Shown: positions 44,126-54,354 of the stretch, piece by piece
Layout: each line of letters starts with the position of its first letter
How positions within the stretch are numbered: position 1 is the stretch's first letter
Source: a virus
Lineage: Duplodnaviria; Caudoviricetes
Reading direction: 5' to 3' (one strand)
DNA length: 62,907 nucleotides
IMG/VR virus record: IMGVR_UViG_3300044638_001368
Coordinates: 1 to 62,907 of that record
The notes under the pieces: model-generated
The model's input: the letters and a program-made list of their open reading frames with translations, nothing else
The model's database searches: none
What the model was told of the DNA's origin: nothing
Made by a program: the position numbers and the translations under genes

Positions 44126-44542
44126 ATGACAGACACCATTGAGAAACCCCAGACCATCGAAGAGATGGTTGATATCTACATCAAAATCCGTAACCGGATC
44201 GAAGAGACTGAGGAGCGCCACAAGTCGGAGCTCGAAAAGATCAAGGAAGAATACGACATCGTCAGCCAGCACCTGCTGGGTATCTGCAACGAACAGAACT
44301 TGGATAGCATCAAGACCCCGGCGGGCACTGTCTCCCGTACTGTCTCTACCCGCTACTGGGCCAGTGACTGGGAACAGATGTACTCCTTCATCAAGGACCA
44401 TGACGCCCCGCAGCTGTTAGAGCGCCGTATCCACAATGGGAACATGAAGCAGTTCCTAGAAGAGAACCCTGACACACTGCCTATTGGACTTCAGGCAGAC
44501 AGTCGGTACACAATCAGAGTCCGCAAACCTACGGCTAAGTAA
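44126..44542 (+). CDS. Conserved replication-module protein
   Basis: YIKIR coiled coil, SIKTPAGTV, DW...FI...LLERRI. Confidence 0.65.
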   Translation: MTDTIEKPQTIEEMVDIYIKIRNRIEETEERHKSELEKIKEEYDIVSQHLLGICNEQNLDSIKTPAGTVSRTVSTRYWASDWEQMYSFIKDHDAPQLLERRIHNGNMKQFLEENPDTLPIGLQADSRYTIRVRKPTAK

Positions 44543-44551
44543 GGAACTACT

Positions 44552-45460
44552 ATGACCACGACTAATCTAGCAATCTTCAAAGACCAAACTAGCGTTTCGG
44601 TAGTAGAGCGCGAGCTTAGCGAATTTGCTAAGGCCACCATGGGTAGCAACAACTACCGGCGCATTCAGACCAACACCAACGGCACCTTCAAGCGCATCGT
44701 CAACGGTGAGCAGGTTGGTAACGCCGTGCGCGGTGAGATCAAGGTCATCATCATCGCGTGGCTGAACGGGATTTCCCGTACTTTCTACAAGGAAAAGTAC
44801 GACCCCAACAAGGAAGCGACCCTACCTGACTGCTGGTCCAATCTGGGTGACGCACCCGAAACCGCTGCTAAGAACAAGCAGGGTACAAGCTGTATGACCT
44901 GCCCCCAGAACGTTAAGGGTTCTGGCGATAACGGTGGTAAGGCTTGCCGGTTCCAGCGCCGCATTGCAGTCCTGCTGGCCGACGACCCGTCTGGCGAAGT
45001 CTACCAGTTTAACATCCCGGCTAAGTCGCTGTTTGGTGTGGGGTCTGGTAACACGCATGGGTTTGTAGGGTACAAGAAGTATCTCGACGCCAACAACGCG
45101 CTTCTGGATAACGTGGTTACCACTATTAGCTTTAATATCAATGCTAATACTATGGAACTTCAGTTCTCACCCCACCGGCTTACTACCGACGCCGAGTACC
45201 ATATGGTCCGAGAAGCGCAGAAGCGCCCGGAAACCAAGGCGTACATCATGCTAACGGTGGCGCAGGCGGATGGTGTAAGTAAGCAGCCCCCTGCTGTGGA
45301 AGCTAAGGCCAAGGCTACACGCGTTGTGGAACTTGAAGACGAAACCGAACTGGACGCTCCGATTGAACCCACGAAGCGTGCTAGCAAGAAGCAGGAAGCT
45401 ACACCAACACCCAAGAAGAGCATTGCTGACGCGGTAAGTGCTTGGGGCGAAGACGATTAA
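44552..45460 (+). CDS. Putative ssDNA-binding/annealing protein
   Basis: PDCWS...CMTCPQN..GS...ACRFQRRIAV; acidic/aromatic C-terminal tail AWGEDD. Confidence 0.55.
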   Translation: MTTTNLAIFKDQTSVSVVERELSEFAKATMGSNNYRRIQTNTNGTFKRIVNGEQVGNAVRGEIKVIIIAWLNGISRTFYKEKYDPNKEATLPDCWSNLGDAPETAAKNKQGTSCMTCPQNVKGSGDNGGKACRFQRRIAVLLADDPSGEVYQFNIPAKSLFGVGSGNTHGFVGYKKYLDANNALLDNVVTTISFNINANTMELQFSPHRLTTDAEYHMVREAQKRPETKAYIMLTVAQADGVSKQPPAVEAKAKATRVVELEDETELDAPIEPTKRASKKQEATPTPKKSIADAVSAWGEDD

Positions 45461-45462
45461 CC

Positions 45463-45702
45463 ATGATTTATGGCTATAGTGCGCGGCTGATAGGGTTGAA
45501 TAAGAAGGCAGACGCACGGATGCTTGGCGTACGACTGGGGAGGGTTTGTATGAAAAACAATATTCCTGTGTCCCTAGTCGCCGCCAAGCTGAGCGTCAGT
45601 AGACAGACGGTTTACAACTGGTTTTGCGGGACGCATAGTCCCAAGCCTGCGGTAAGCCGACAAGTTACGGCCTACTATAACAATATCACTGCCCCCAAAT
45701 AA
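45463..45702 (+). CDS. XRE/Cro-like HTH protein
   Basis: VAAKLSVSRQTVYNWFCG. Confidence 0.75.
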   Translation: MIYGYSARLIGLNKKADARMLGVRLGRVCMKNNIPVSLVAAKLSVSRQTVYNWFCGTHSPKPAVSRQVTAYYNNITAPK

Positions 45703-45757
45703 CAACGCCTAACAAACCCCTTAGTGGCCGGAAGTGCAAACTTCCGAACGAGCACCC

Positions 45758-48598
45758 ATGTCCGAATTTGATCTCCTTACTGCCGTGCAGCCCCCCGAGG
45801 GGTGGTTTGCTGTTATAGGGATCAAGGATAAGGCTGTAGTTCAGAAGTTTACGCAGGATAGGGAAGAAGTAGACGCAATAGCTGCCGAGTTTATGGCGCA
45901 GGAGCGTAACGTATTCTTCGGTGTTGCCAAGTATACTGAAGCTGGTAGCCGCAAGAAGGACAACGTCAAGGCGCTTAAAGCCTTCTGGCTGGACATAGAT
46001 TGTGGGGAGACCAAGGCCCGAGTTGACGAGAAGACTGGCAAACCAGATGGGTACATCGACCAACCTACAGCACTAGAGGAACTAAAGCGGTTCTGTAAGC
46101 TGGTCGGTTTGCCCAAGCCTATTCTCGTCAATTCGGGCCGAGGGGTACACGTATACTGGCCGCTTACTGAGGAGATCACCCGGGAACAATGGGAGCCTGT
46201 GGCTGACCGGCTACGTGAGCTTTGCAATACCCATGAACTCTACGTTGACCCAGCAGTCTTCGAAGTGGCTCGCGTGCTGCGTATACCCGGCACGTTGAAC
46301 TTCAAGGACAACCCACCGGCAGAAGTAACGGTGTTGAGCGAAGGTGCCCCCGTAGAGTTCGGGAAGTTCAAGGCTCTCCTAGGTATAAAGGACAAAGAAC
46401 GGTCACTGGTCACCCCACCAGAACGCGAGATTAGTGAGTTCGCTAAGGCTTCGCAGGAGAACATTAACAAAAGTTTTACCAAGATTATGCGCCGTAGCGC
46501 CAAGGGCGAAGGTTGCCAGCAGCTATGGGACTGCTACGAGAACCGCGCCACGCTGCCAGAATCGCGCTGGTTCAACGCCCTGTCCGTAGCCAAGTTCTGC
46601 ACTGACAAAGACACCGCTATACATACGTTGTCTGAGGGTTACCCCGACTACGCCCCAGATAAGACTGAGCGGAAGATACAGCACATCGGTGGCCCGCAAG
46701 GGTGCAAGGAGTTTGAGAAGAATAACGCGGGTGGCTGCAAGGGCTGTCAGTTCAAGGGCAAGATTACCGGCCCGATCATGCTGGGTAAGGAACTGGCAGA
46801 GGCCACAGACGCCGATAACACCGTTGTCGAGGAGACCGAGGACGGTACGCAAGGTAAGACCTACAGTATACCCAAGTATCCCAAGCCGTATGCACGTGGG
46901 GTAAAGGGCGGCATTTATCTTGTTAAGAAAGACGAGGAAGCCGAGCCTATCCTTGTCTACCACAACGACCTGTATGTCGTGAAGCGTATGGTGGACCCAC
47001 AAGAAGGCGACGTAGTGGTCATGCGACTGCACACGCCCTGCGACGGGATAAGAGAATTTACAGTCTCAAATAAGATCGTAATGAAGAGAGACGAACTAGG
47101 CGGCGTACTGGCCGCACGGGGTGTGGTGTGCCCGTCTAAGCAGTTCACCATGGTTATAGACTACGTAATAGCGTCAATTAACAGTATGCAAAACAGAGGA
47201 AAGGCAGAACAAATGAGACTTCAATTTGGTTGGGCTGACAACGACAGCAAGTTCATCATCGGAGACAGAGAAATCAGCGCGGACGGGACGTACCATAGCC
47301 CACCGTCGTCTGTTACCAAGAAGCTAGCCGAATGGATGGTACCTACGGGCAGCTTAGATAAGTGGAAGGAAGTCTTCAACCTGTACGGTAGGCCGGGTCT
47401 GGAACCCAACGCCTTCGCCGCCCTGTCTGCCTTCGGTTCTCCGCTGCTTAAGTTCTTGGGGCAGAGCGGTGTTATCATCAACTTGATTAACTCCCGTTCG
47501 GGTACGGGCAAGACTACTGCCCTACACATGAGTAACAGCGTCTACGGCCACCCCAGACTACTGTGCGCGGTCAAGGCGGATACTTTGAACGCCAAGATCC
47601 TGCGTCTGGGTCTTATGAATAACCTACCATTTGCCGTGGACGAACTAACCAACATGAGCGCCGCAGACTTCTCTGAACTGGCCTACTGCATGTCCCAAGG
47701 GCGCGGTAAGGACCGGCTCAAGCAGTCTACGAACGAAATGCGCCTCAACCTGACTTCGTGGGCTTGCATATCGCCGTGCAGTTCTAATGCGTCGTTCTAC
47801 GAAAAGATGTCGTTAGGTAAGCGCAACCCAGACGGCGAGATGATGCGCCTTATAGAGTACAAGGTTGATTACAGCGATGCGGTTGACCCGGCGATAGCCA
47901 AGCAGATGTTCGACCACCAGCTTATGGAGAACTACGGCCACGCTGGTCTTATCTACGTAGACTGGTTGGTGAAGAACCTAGAGGAAGCCAAGGGCATCCT
48001 GCTGGCTACCCAAGCCAAGATTGACCGGGAACTTAAGCTGACACAGCGCGAACGTATCTGGTCTGCTGCCTTGGCCGCTAACATTACAGGGGGCAGGATC
48101 GCCAAGCGCCTTGGTCTGATCGACTGGGATATGAAGGCTATCTACCTGTGGGCCACCAACATGCTTACAGATATGCGAGATGACGTAGCGCCGCCTATAA
48201 GCAACGTGTCTGCGGTTATTGCAGAGTTCTTGAACCGACATATGCAGAACTATGTCGTTGTGAAAAGCGAGCTAGATGGAAGGACTGGGTTTGAACCGCT
48301 GCCCACGTTGGAGCCCAAGGGCGAGCTTATGATCCGGCAGGAACCTGATACCAATAAGATGTTTATCTCTATCAAGCCGTTCAAAGAAGACTGCGTGAAG
48401 TACCAGATCAACTACAAAGAAACGATCAAGGAACTTAAGGCCAAGGGCATTATGCTCAAAATGGAAAACAAGCGGCTGTCCAAGGGCATGCAGATTGTTA
48501 CACCTTCTGTGTATTGCATGACGTTGGATATGCTGCACCCAGAGTTCTTGTCTAGGCCCCCTTTTACGGAAGCTGAAAATGCAGCTGGAGAAGGTTAA
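45758..48598 (+). CDS. Primase-helicase (AEP-like N-terminus + DUF927-like helicase)
   Basis: WLDID, NSGRGVHVYW, RVLRIPGT; Cys cluster; SGTGKTT Walker A, VDE Walker B. Confidence 0.85.
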   Translation: MSEFDLLTAVQPPEGWFAVIGIKDKAVVQKFTQDREEVDAIAAEFMAQERNVFFGVAKYTEAGSRKKDNVKALKAFWLDIDCGETKARVDEKTGKPDGYIDQPTALEELKRFCKLVGLPKPILVNSGRGVHVYWPLTEEITREQWEPVADRLRELCNTHELYVDPAVFEVARVLRIPGTLNFKDNPPAEVTVLSEGAPVEFGKFKALLGIKDKERSLVTPPEREISEFAKASQENINKSFTKIMRRSAKGEGCQQLWDCYENRATLPESRWFNALSVAKFCTDKDTAIHTLSEGYPDYAPDKTERKIQHIGGPQGCKEFEKNNAGGCKGCQFKGKITGPIMLGKELAEATDADNTVVEETEDGTQGKTYSIPKYPKPYARGVKGGIYLVKKDEEAEPILVYHNDLYVVKRMVDPQEGDVVVMRLHTPCDGIREFTVSNKIVMKRDELGGVLAARGVVCPSKQFTMVIDYVIASINSMQNRGKAEQMRLQFGWADNDSKFIIGDREISADGTYHSPPSSVTKKLAEWMVPTGSLDKWKEVFNLYGRPGLEPNAFAALSAFGSPLLKFLGQSGVIINLINSRSGTGKTTALHMSNSVYGHPRLLCAVKADTLNAKILRLGLMNNLPFAVDELTNMSAADFSELAYCMSQGRGKDRLKQSTNEMRLNLTSWACISPCSSNASFYEKMSLGKRNPDGEMMRLIEYKVDYSDAVDPAIAKQMFDHQLMENYGHAGLIYVDWLVKNLEEAKGILLATQAKIDRELKLTQRERIWSAALAANITGGRIAKRLGLIDWDMKAIYLWATNMLTDMRDDVAPPISNVSAVIAEFLNRHMQNYVVVKSELDGRTGFEPLPTLEPKGELMIRQEPDTNKMFISIKPFKEDCVKYQINYKETIKELKAKGIMLKMENKRLSKGMQIVTPSVYCMTLDMLHPEFLSRPPFTEAENAAGEG

Positions 48599-48773
48599 CT
48601 ACGACATTAACTGGAAGACATTTAAGCGGGGTTGGTCTTTTTTCCTACCGTGCTTGGACCCAGTGCGAGCCAAACGGGAACTACTTTGCACTACGAACCG
48701 CCTACGAATAAAGGTTCTTACCAAAGTGGTTATCGTAGAAGGTATAAGGGGCTTGCGCGTCTGGCGCATGTAA
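48579..48773 (+). CDS. Small conserved protein
   Basis: W..F..G.SFFLPCL...GIRGLRVWR. Confidence 0.6.
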   Translation: MQLEKVNYDINWKTFKRGWSFFLPCLDPVRAKRELLCTTNRLRIKVLTKVVIVEGIRGLRVWRM

Positions 48774-48786
48774 GGTAGTTTTACCG

Positions 48787-48858
48787 CGAGAGTTGCTCCT
48801 CTCGTTGGTTGTTGTTGGTCAAACTGGCCCTCGTCGGGAAACTGGCGGGGGTCTTTTT
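48787..48858 (+). ncRNA. Candidate trans-acting small RNA with anti-RBS loop
   Basis: TTGCGC-17-TAGTTT promoter (48753-48781), CGAGAG/CTCTCG hairpin, U/G-rich linker, terminator. Confidence 0.5.
48826..48858 (+). terminator. Rho-independent terminator at the convergence of plus and minus arms
   Basis: 12-bp stem with four G-U pairs on the plus strand, GAAA loop, T5. Confidence 0.8.
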
Positions 48859-51800
48859 ATCGCCCTTCTTCCACGGCGTCGTAAACGTAATTGAAGGCGC
48901 TTTGCAGTTTGTTCATTTCAGCGCGGTAGTATTCAAGCAGGGCTTTCTTGTCGTCGGCGCTTAAGTTTTCAGTGCGCAAGTCTTCCCGACGTTGCTTATA
49001 GAGCTGTTGAATCGTCCTGTTCGTATCTTCGTAAGCGGAGATCACACGGGGGTCGAGCGCAACAGGGTTGCGTCTTACTTCCAACTGAAGCTGGGCATCA
49101 CTAAGTTTGTCTATACGGGAGACAATCTTTTCCAGTGCAGCGGTGTTCTTCTGGTACTTGTTCTGCGGTATGTAATCAAAACCGTCCCCAAGGAAGCCAC
49201 GCACGATAGGCACTTTGCCCGCTGACGGTTCTTCTGAAAAATCTAGAACCTGTTTGCCCAACCGCGACCAGCCGCCAAGGTAGGTCTGCAAGATGTATTT
49301 ATACACTTCAGGTTGGAAGTTAACGTAGCCGCCTGTAGCAGGTGATCCACCTGTCATCTGGTTGATACCACGCGCAATAGACTTCCACATTTCGCCGGTT
49401 GTGGCGCGGCCTAGTTCGGCTGCGGGGCCAGTATCATCACGCTCTGGTTGATATATGGGTACACCAAAATAGTTCTGGTTTATTGCAAGGTCAGTAATCG
49501 GCCTACCCCAGAGCGGGGTTAACGAAACAAGGGTCCGTTCAAGGTCTCCCCCCATAACACGCGCAGGAGAAAGCAACCCAACAAGCCCCCCAACTACGTC
49601 AGCGCCCGCCGATAGAATAGCAGCGCCAGCCTCTTCCCCTGACTGCGTTCCCAGCCATGTATCGGTGATTTTGCTGCCGACATACTTAAAGTACCCCAGC
49701 ATCTGCCCTATCGGGATGCTCACGTAATCGTCGCCGCCGCCACCGTAATAAAGGGTAAGGTGAGTCATTTTCTTACCCGGGTTAATATCAAGATAGTCAG
49801 GGGTACCGTCGTCGTCTTCGTCGCCCCCCATGGTGGCGTTTGCAAGGGATTCCATCATACCGATTGCGATCATACCCCCCACAACCTGCACCATGGTTTT
49901 AGGGTTCGTAACAATACGCTTCACCTTGCGGCTACCTTCAACGCTGGCGCTAAAGAACGGGAATATGTTATCCATCAGCATAGACATCTCACCGCGCCGT
50001 GTAAGATTTAACGACGAGTCCAAGGCGAGTGACGCCGCTTGGGGCCCGGTAAGCCCTTCCTCTATAGCAGCGCGATAAGTTGCGAAGCGCGGCACCAGAT
50101 CGTTGATCTCAGCCCAATGGTCAAAGAAGCGCCCTAACTTCTTCGCGCCTTCGCGGGCAACCGCTAACGAGTTACCTTCTTGCCGTCTACGGAACCAATC
50201 AAGGTCCTTTATAGCAGCGGAAGCGCGATCTTGTGCGGTACGGAACGCAATACCCATAGGTGCGCCGCCGTCTGTCAGCATTTGTTCCAGCATGACAGTA
50301 AGGTTTTCTTGCCCGGGCACGGGTTCACGATTTAACAGATAGCGAGTAACAGTACGCCACGTAGCGACCTGCGTAGAATACGCCACTACTTTGCGGACCA
50401 GTTTTTTCTTGTACGCTGGAGAACCTTTAATGTTCCTGTTCAGCATAGCCGTTGCCACAGCATCAAGCGTATCGCGCAGCGGAGCCACAATAGAGAGATA
50501 GATCGGGTTACGGTAGGTGAGCATAGCCTTGAGCACATTGTTAATGCCGGTAATAGCCCCCAACACCTGCCCCACCTGCTCTGGCTGCAAGTTAGTAAAC
50601 AGACGCTGCGCCGCCAACCCTGCTTCGCTATCGCTAAACTCTATATACTTGGTAACACCTTTGTCCTTAACCACATGGTAGCGGTTGCGATCCCGCATTA
50701 CTTCTTCCGCCATATTAACGTTGATTGTACGGCCCGCAGGGTTATCTTTGTCTACTATCGTGGTCTTTTTAGGCTGCGTATCCGTGTAGATACCTTGTAT
50801 AAAACCTTTCATCCCTTCGGGGTTTGCTTCCACCATACGAAGAAAAGTAGTGTAAACATCGTTCATAGCCGTGCGCCGCACTAGCGTTTCGGCGTCGTAA
50901 AATAAGTTGTAGAGCGGATGGAACGGCAAAGAGTCACGTCCCTTCGCTTTAATAAACTCTCGCATCCCAAGACCGCGTTTATCGCGCAGAAGTTTCTGAC
51001 GGCTTTCTTCTGCGTGGGGGTCTTCTTGTAGGTCCGAAGTAAGCATATCTCCCGCAACGGCGAACCCTTTAAAGGGTGTGTAGAACGGCTGTTCTTTACG
51101 TAGCGCATCCTGCGCTTTACGGGATAGAATGCCGGAACGCACGCGCATTTCGCCCATGAAATCCACCAAGGCATCGTGCATCTTGGCTGCACGTTCCAGT
51201 TTTGGCAGGAGACCCCGGGCTTTGAAGTCCGCCATATAGGAAGCGGCTTCAGCGTCGTCCATACCCGATCCCCCTTCAGGGAAGGCAGCGTTTACTTCGC
51301 GCACCATACGGTTGCGGTCTGGCGCAGCGCGGGCCAAAAGATACAGACCAAAATCTCCAAGGTCTACACGATCACGCTTTAGCGCGGCAGCAATAGGGTC
51401 AAAGAACTTACGCTCCAACATACGTTGAGCCGCGTTCTTTTTAGTTTGAAAAAGTTCAAACGCCCGATCAAGGTTCATATTTTCCGGGAGAACATCAACG
51501 CCCATAAACTTCTTAAGGAAGTTACTGATCTCCGTAGCAGTAGCGAACCGGTTATTAAAGTTCCGCGTGAATAGATTAACTAGCCCCTTGATCGTGTTCA
51601 GCTTGGGTATAGCCATTTCTATGGCTGGCGCGGCTGGTGCTGCTGCGGTGGAGCCGGGTGGTGGGGGCGGGGGCGGGGGCGGGGGCGCGGCTGCTGCTGC
51701 GGTGGAGCCGGGTGGTGGGGGCGGGGGCGGTGCTGCTGGCGGCTGGATGGCTTCTTCTACCGGTGAGGTGGCTTCGGCTACTACTTCAGGAGCAGCGGCT

Positions 51801-54349
51801 TTGGTTACTACTTCAGGAGCAGCCGCTGTGGGCGCGGTATTAGTGTCTTCAGCCTTACGCTGATCTTTTCCAAACTGATAACCAGCTTTGTACGCGGCCT
51901 GCCACCCCGGCTGCTTCTTGTTTATTTCGGCTTGGTCAGAAAGTTCTTTACCCGCAGAGGCTTCCAACATTCCACGCTGGAAGGCAGGGCGGTAGCGCGG
52001 AGAGAAGTCCATAACAGATACTGCGGGCGCAACGGGGTCGGTTACAGGCTCGGCGGTGTCGGTAAACCCCTTAAGGGCGTCTACCTTACTGGTTGCTATG
52101 GTTAACCCACCAGTAAACCCCTTGGTGTAGGCTTTCTTCTCCGCCGCAGAAAGTTCAGCAGGCACCGTGGGTTTTATGTCTGTGGAGTCTACCCCAGCCA
52201 ACGCACCAGCGTGGAACGCATCAAACAGCGCGGGGTCCATGCCCTTGAGAAGCTCTGTCAGTGGGTAGTTTTCGGGAATGGCGGCGGGCGCAGCGGGGGG
52301 TACTTTCGGAAACTCACGCGCCAAGGCTTCCCCGGCAGCGCTAGGTTGTTCCGCTACAGTCTTAGCCGTAGTCCGGGCCGCGTTTAGACGAGCAAGAACA
52401 TTGTCAATGTTGCTGCGCAATGCAGTTGGGGCGTTGGGTACACCGTTTTCTGTAGGCGTCAACCCAGCATTAAGGGCATCCCAGTGGGGACCTGTAGCAC
52501 CTACACGGGGGGTAGTGTTGTCTTGGCGGATATCCCCAACGGTGCTGTCAAGGTGCTCAGCAGCTTCACGCAGCTCTTGGCTACCATAGTAGTTGTTTAT
52601 CTCTGCGTCGTTGGTTTTGTTTATCCAACCATCCGCACCGACACCGAAGAAAGGATACCATTTACCTGCCGCTACGCCCTTCTTGCCGCCAAGCCCCGTG
52701 CTTAAGTAAAACGGCACTCTGACACCGCCGATATTAAGGATCGTCATTTTACGACCCGAATAATCTACAACGCTGTTTTCGCCTGTAGACCGCACAGCTT
52801 GGTTAGTCGCGGGGTCCCACGTACTTGTTCCGTACGGCACCGGTTCTGGTGCAAACGAAAGCCCAGTAGAAGTAGTGCCGCCCTTTAGTGTACCCGGCTT
52901 ACCATCTTTTCCACTTCCAACCTGCTCAGCAGATTCACCAAGAACTCCCAGTCCTGCTCCCGCAGTTCCTGTAGCTGGGTCGGTAACTCCTGCATCGACA
53001 CTTTCCCCGCCAGCAGGAGGAACGCCACGCTTACGTCCTCTAACTCTAGGTTTCCTAGTTTCCCCAAGGATATCTTGTTCAGGTCCACTTGGTGTCTCCG
53101 TCGTGGTTTTAGGGGTAGCGGTGGTAGCAACTCCTTGAAATTCGTTAAGGATCGTACTTGCTTCGGCCAACGTACGCCGAAGCGGCTCAATCTCCACTTC
53201 CGGTATTTGTCCAGCTTCGATCTGGTCCTGAAGACTTTTAATGTAGGCAGCGCTCTCCGCCAGTTTTTCTGGGGTACCAAGCGCGATATCGTTGTTAAGT
53301 TTTCTAGAGACGGCTAGAGCCTGCCCCTGACCCTTCGGGGTATCTTCACCCGCTGCCGTGCGCAGGCGCTGTTCAACTTCTTCACGCCCAAACCCCGGAA
53401 GAGTAGTTGACTCCGTACTAGTGGTCTGTTGGGTCTCGCCCTCTTCCTCTCCAGTCTTTTGTTTCGCCGCCCCACGGCGTCCGCTTATACCGCCGCTAAC
53501 ACCACCGATACCACCGCCGATAAGGCCCGCGCCCACAGCAGCATCCGTATACTCCTGCATGGCTTCGTCGTCATCAAGCGGCAACCCCGCCTGAGCCCGC
53601 TCCAAAACCTGCTGGCCGATCTCCGTGGGTACCTCAGTTACAACACCAGCACCAGCGCCTTTAGCCAACCCAGTGAACAATCCGCTCCCGGGCTTAACCA
53701 GAAGCCTACCGGTACCTATCAGCAGTCTATCGGCAATACCTTCGAGCGCCGCTTGCGGAATAGCCGTTAAGAAAGCAGCAGACTCAGATACTTCCGGGAT
53801 GATACCTTGCTGTACAGCTTCCTTCTGGCGTTCGCGGTTCCAACCATAGAACAATGGTATCTGGGATAAGGCCGCGCCCGCCGCGCCTATAGCCGCCCCC
53901 GCTACAGTACCAATTCCGGGAACAACTGATCCTGCTAATGCACCGGCACCTATACCAGCACCAATACCGATACCCATAGGCACGGCGGATTCAGCCAAGG
54001 TTTCACCGGCATAGCTAAGCCCGGTACCTACGCCTTCGACATCTTGGCGGCGGGTGGCATATTGTTCGGCTTCTTCCAGTTCCTTGGTGTTTCTGGCGGC
54101 TACGTCCGCGCCGTACTGTTCCAGACCACCAAAGCCCGTAGAGCGGCCAATACCCTCTAGCGCAGAACCAAGACCTTGCTGGGTAATGTCAACGCTACGA
54201 CTTAGGCCACGCCCAAACGCACTACCGGGTTTGTCTTCTGCCCCTAACTGAGACGAAAGGAACGCAATCACATCTTCGGGTCTGGCATCATCTGGGGCTT
54301 CGATACGATGAATATTCCCATCAGGCCCCTGAATCCGGTGGATAGGCAT
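48857..54349 (-). CDS. Large ejection/polyvalent protein with C-terminal LPD38-like region
   Basis: 1830 aa; N-terminal Gly/Ala hydrophobic helices; RFATY...A...SLNLTRRG...FPFFSAS..G motif near the C-terminus. Confidence 0.7.
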   Translation of the reverse strand: MPIHRIQGPDGNIHRIEAPDDARPEDVIAFLSSQLGAEDKPGSAFGRGLSRSVDITQQGLGSALEGIGRSTGFGGLEQYGADVAARNTKELEEAEQYATRRQDVEGVGTGLSYAGETLAESAVPMGIGIGAGIGAGALAGSVVPGIGTVAGAAIGAAGAALSQIPLFYGWNRERQKEAVQQGIIPEVSESAAFLTAIPQAALEGIADRLLIGTGRLLVKPGSGLFTGLAKGAGAGVVTEVPTEIGQQVLERAQAGLPLDDDEAMQEYTDAAVGAGLIGGGIGGVSGGISGRRGAAKQKTGEEEGETQQTTSTESTTLPGFGREEVEQRLRTAAGEDTPKGQGQALAVSRKLNNDIALGTPEKLAESAAYIKSLQDQIEAGQIPEVEIEPLRRTLAEASTILNEFQGVATTATPKTTTETPSGPEQDILGETRKPRVRGRKRGVPPAGGESVDAGVTDPATGTAGAGLGVLGESAEQVGSGKDGKPGTLKGGTTSTGLSFAPEPVPYGTSTWDPATNQAVRSTGENSVVDYSGRKMTILNIGGVRVPFYLSTGLGGKKGVAAGKWYPFFGVGADGWINKTNDAEINNYYGSQELREAAEHLDSTVGDIRQDNTTPRVGATGPHWDALNAGLTPTENGVPNAPTALRSNIDNVLARLNAARTTAKTVAEQPSAAGEALAREFPKVPPAAPAAIPENYPLTELLKGMDPALFDAFHAGALAGVDSTDIKPTVPAELSAAEKKAYTKGFTGGLTIATSKVDALKGFTDTAEPVTDPVAPAVSVMDFSPRYRPAFQRGMLEASAGKELSDQAEINKKQPGWQAAYKAGYQFGKDQRKAEDTNTAPTAAAPEVVTKAAAPEVVAEATSPVEEAIQPPAAPPPPPPPGSTAAAAAPPPPPPPPPPGSTAAAPAAPAIEMAIPKLNTIKGLVNLFTRNFNNRFATATEISNFLKKFMGVDVLPENMNLDRAFELFQTKKNAAQRMLERKFFDPIAAALKRDRVDLGDFGLYLLARAAPDRNRMVREVNAAFPEGGSGMDDAEAASYMADFKARGLLPKLERAAKMHDALVDFMGEMRVRSGILSRKAQDALRKEQPFYTPFKGFAVAGDMLTSDLQEDPHAEESRQKLLRDKRGLGMREFIKAKGRDSLPFHPLYNLFYDAETLVRRTAMNDVYTTFLRMVEANPEGMKGFIQGIYTDTQPKKTTIVDKDNPAGRTINVNMAEEVMRDRNRYHVVKDKGVTKYIEFSDSEAGLAAQRLFTNLQPEQVGQVLGAITGINNVLKAMLTYRNPIYLSIVAPLRDTLDAVATAMLNRNIKGSPAYKKKLVRKVVAYSTQVATWRTVTRYLLNREPVPGQENLTVMLEQMLTDGGAPMGIAFRTAQDRASAAIKDLDWFRRRQEGNSLAVAREGAKKLGRFFDHWAEINDLVPRFATYRAAIEEGLTGPQAASLALDSSLNLTRRGEMSMLMDNIFPFFSASVEGSRKVKRIVTNPKTMVQVVGGMIAIGMMESLANATMGGDEDDDGTPDYLDINPGKKMTHLTLYYGGGGDDYVSIPIGQMLGYFKYVGSKITDTWLGTQSGEEAGAAILSAGADVVGGLVGLLSPARVMGGDLERTLVSLTPLWGRPITDLAINQNYFGVPIYQPERDDTGPAAELGRATTGEMWKSIARGINQMTGGSPATGGYVNFQPEVYKYILQTYLGGWSRLGKQVLDFSEEPSAGKVPIVRGFLGDGFDYIPQNKYQKNTAALEKIVSRIDKLSDAQLQLEVRRNPVALDPRVISAYEDTNRTIQQLYKQRREDLRTENLSADDKKALLEYYRAEMNKLQSAFNYVYDAVEEGR

Positions 54350-54354
54350 ACTCT

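Noticed and set aside
51640-51740. G-quadruplex-like G runs
   Set aside because: Explained by poly-Pro codons (a duplicated PPPPPPPGSTAAA linker) on the coding minus strand
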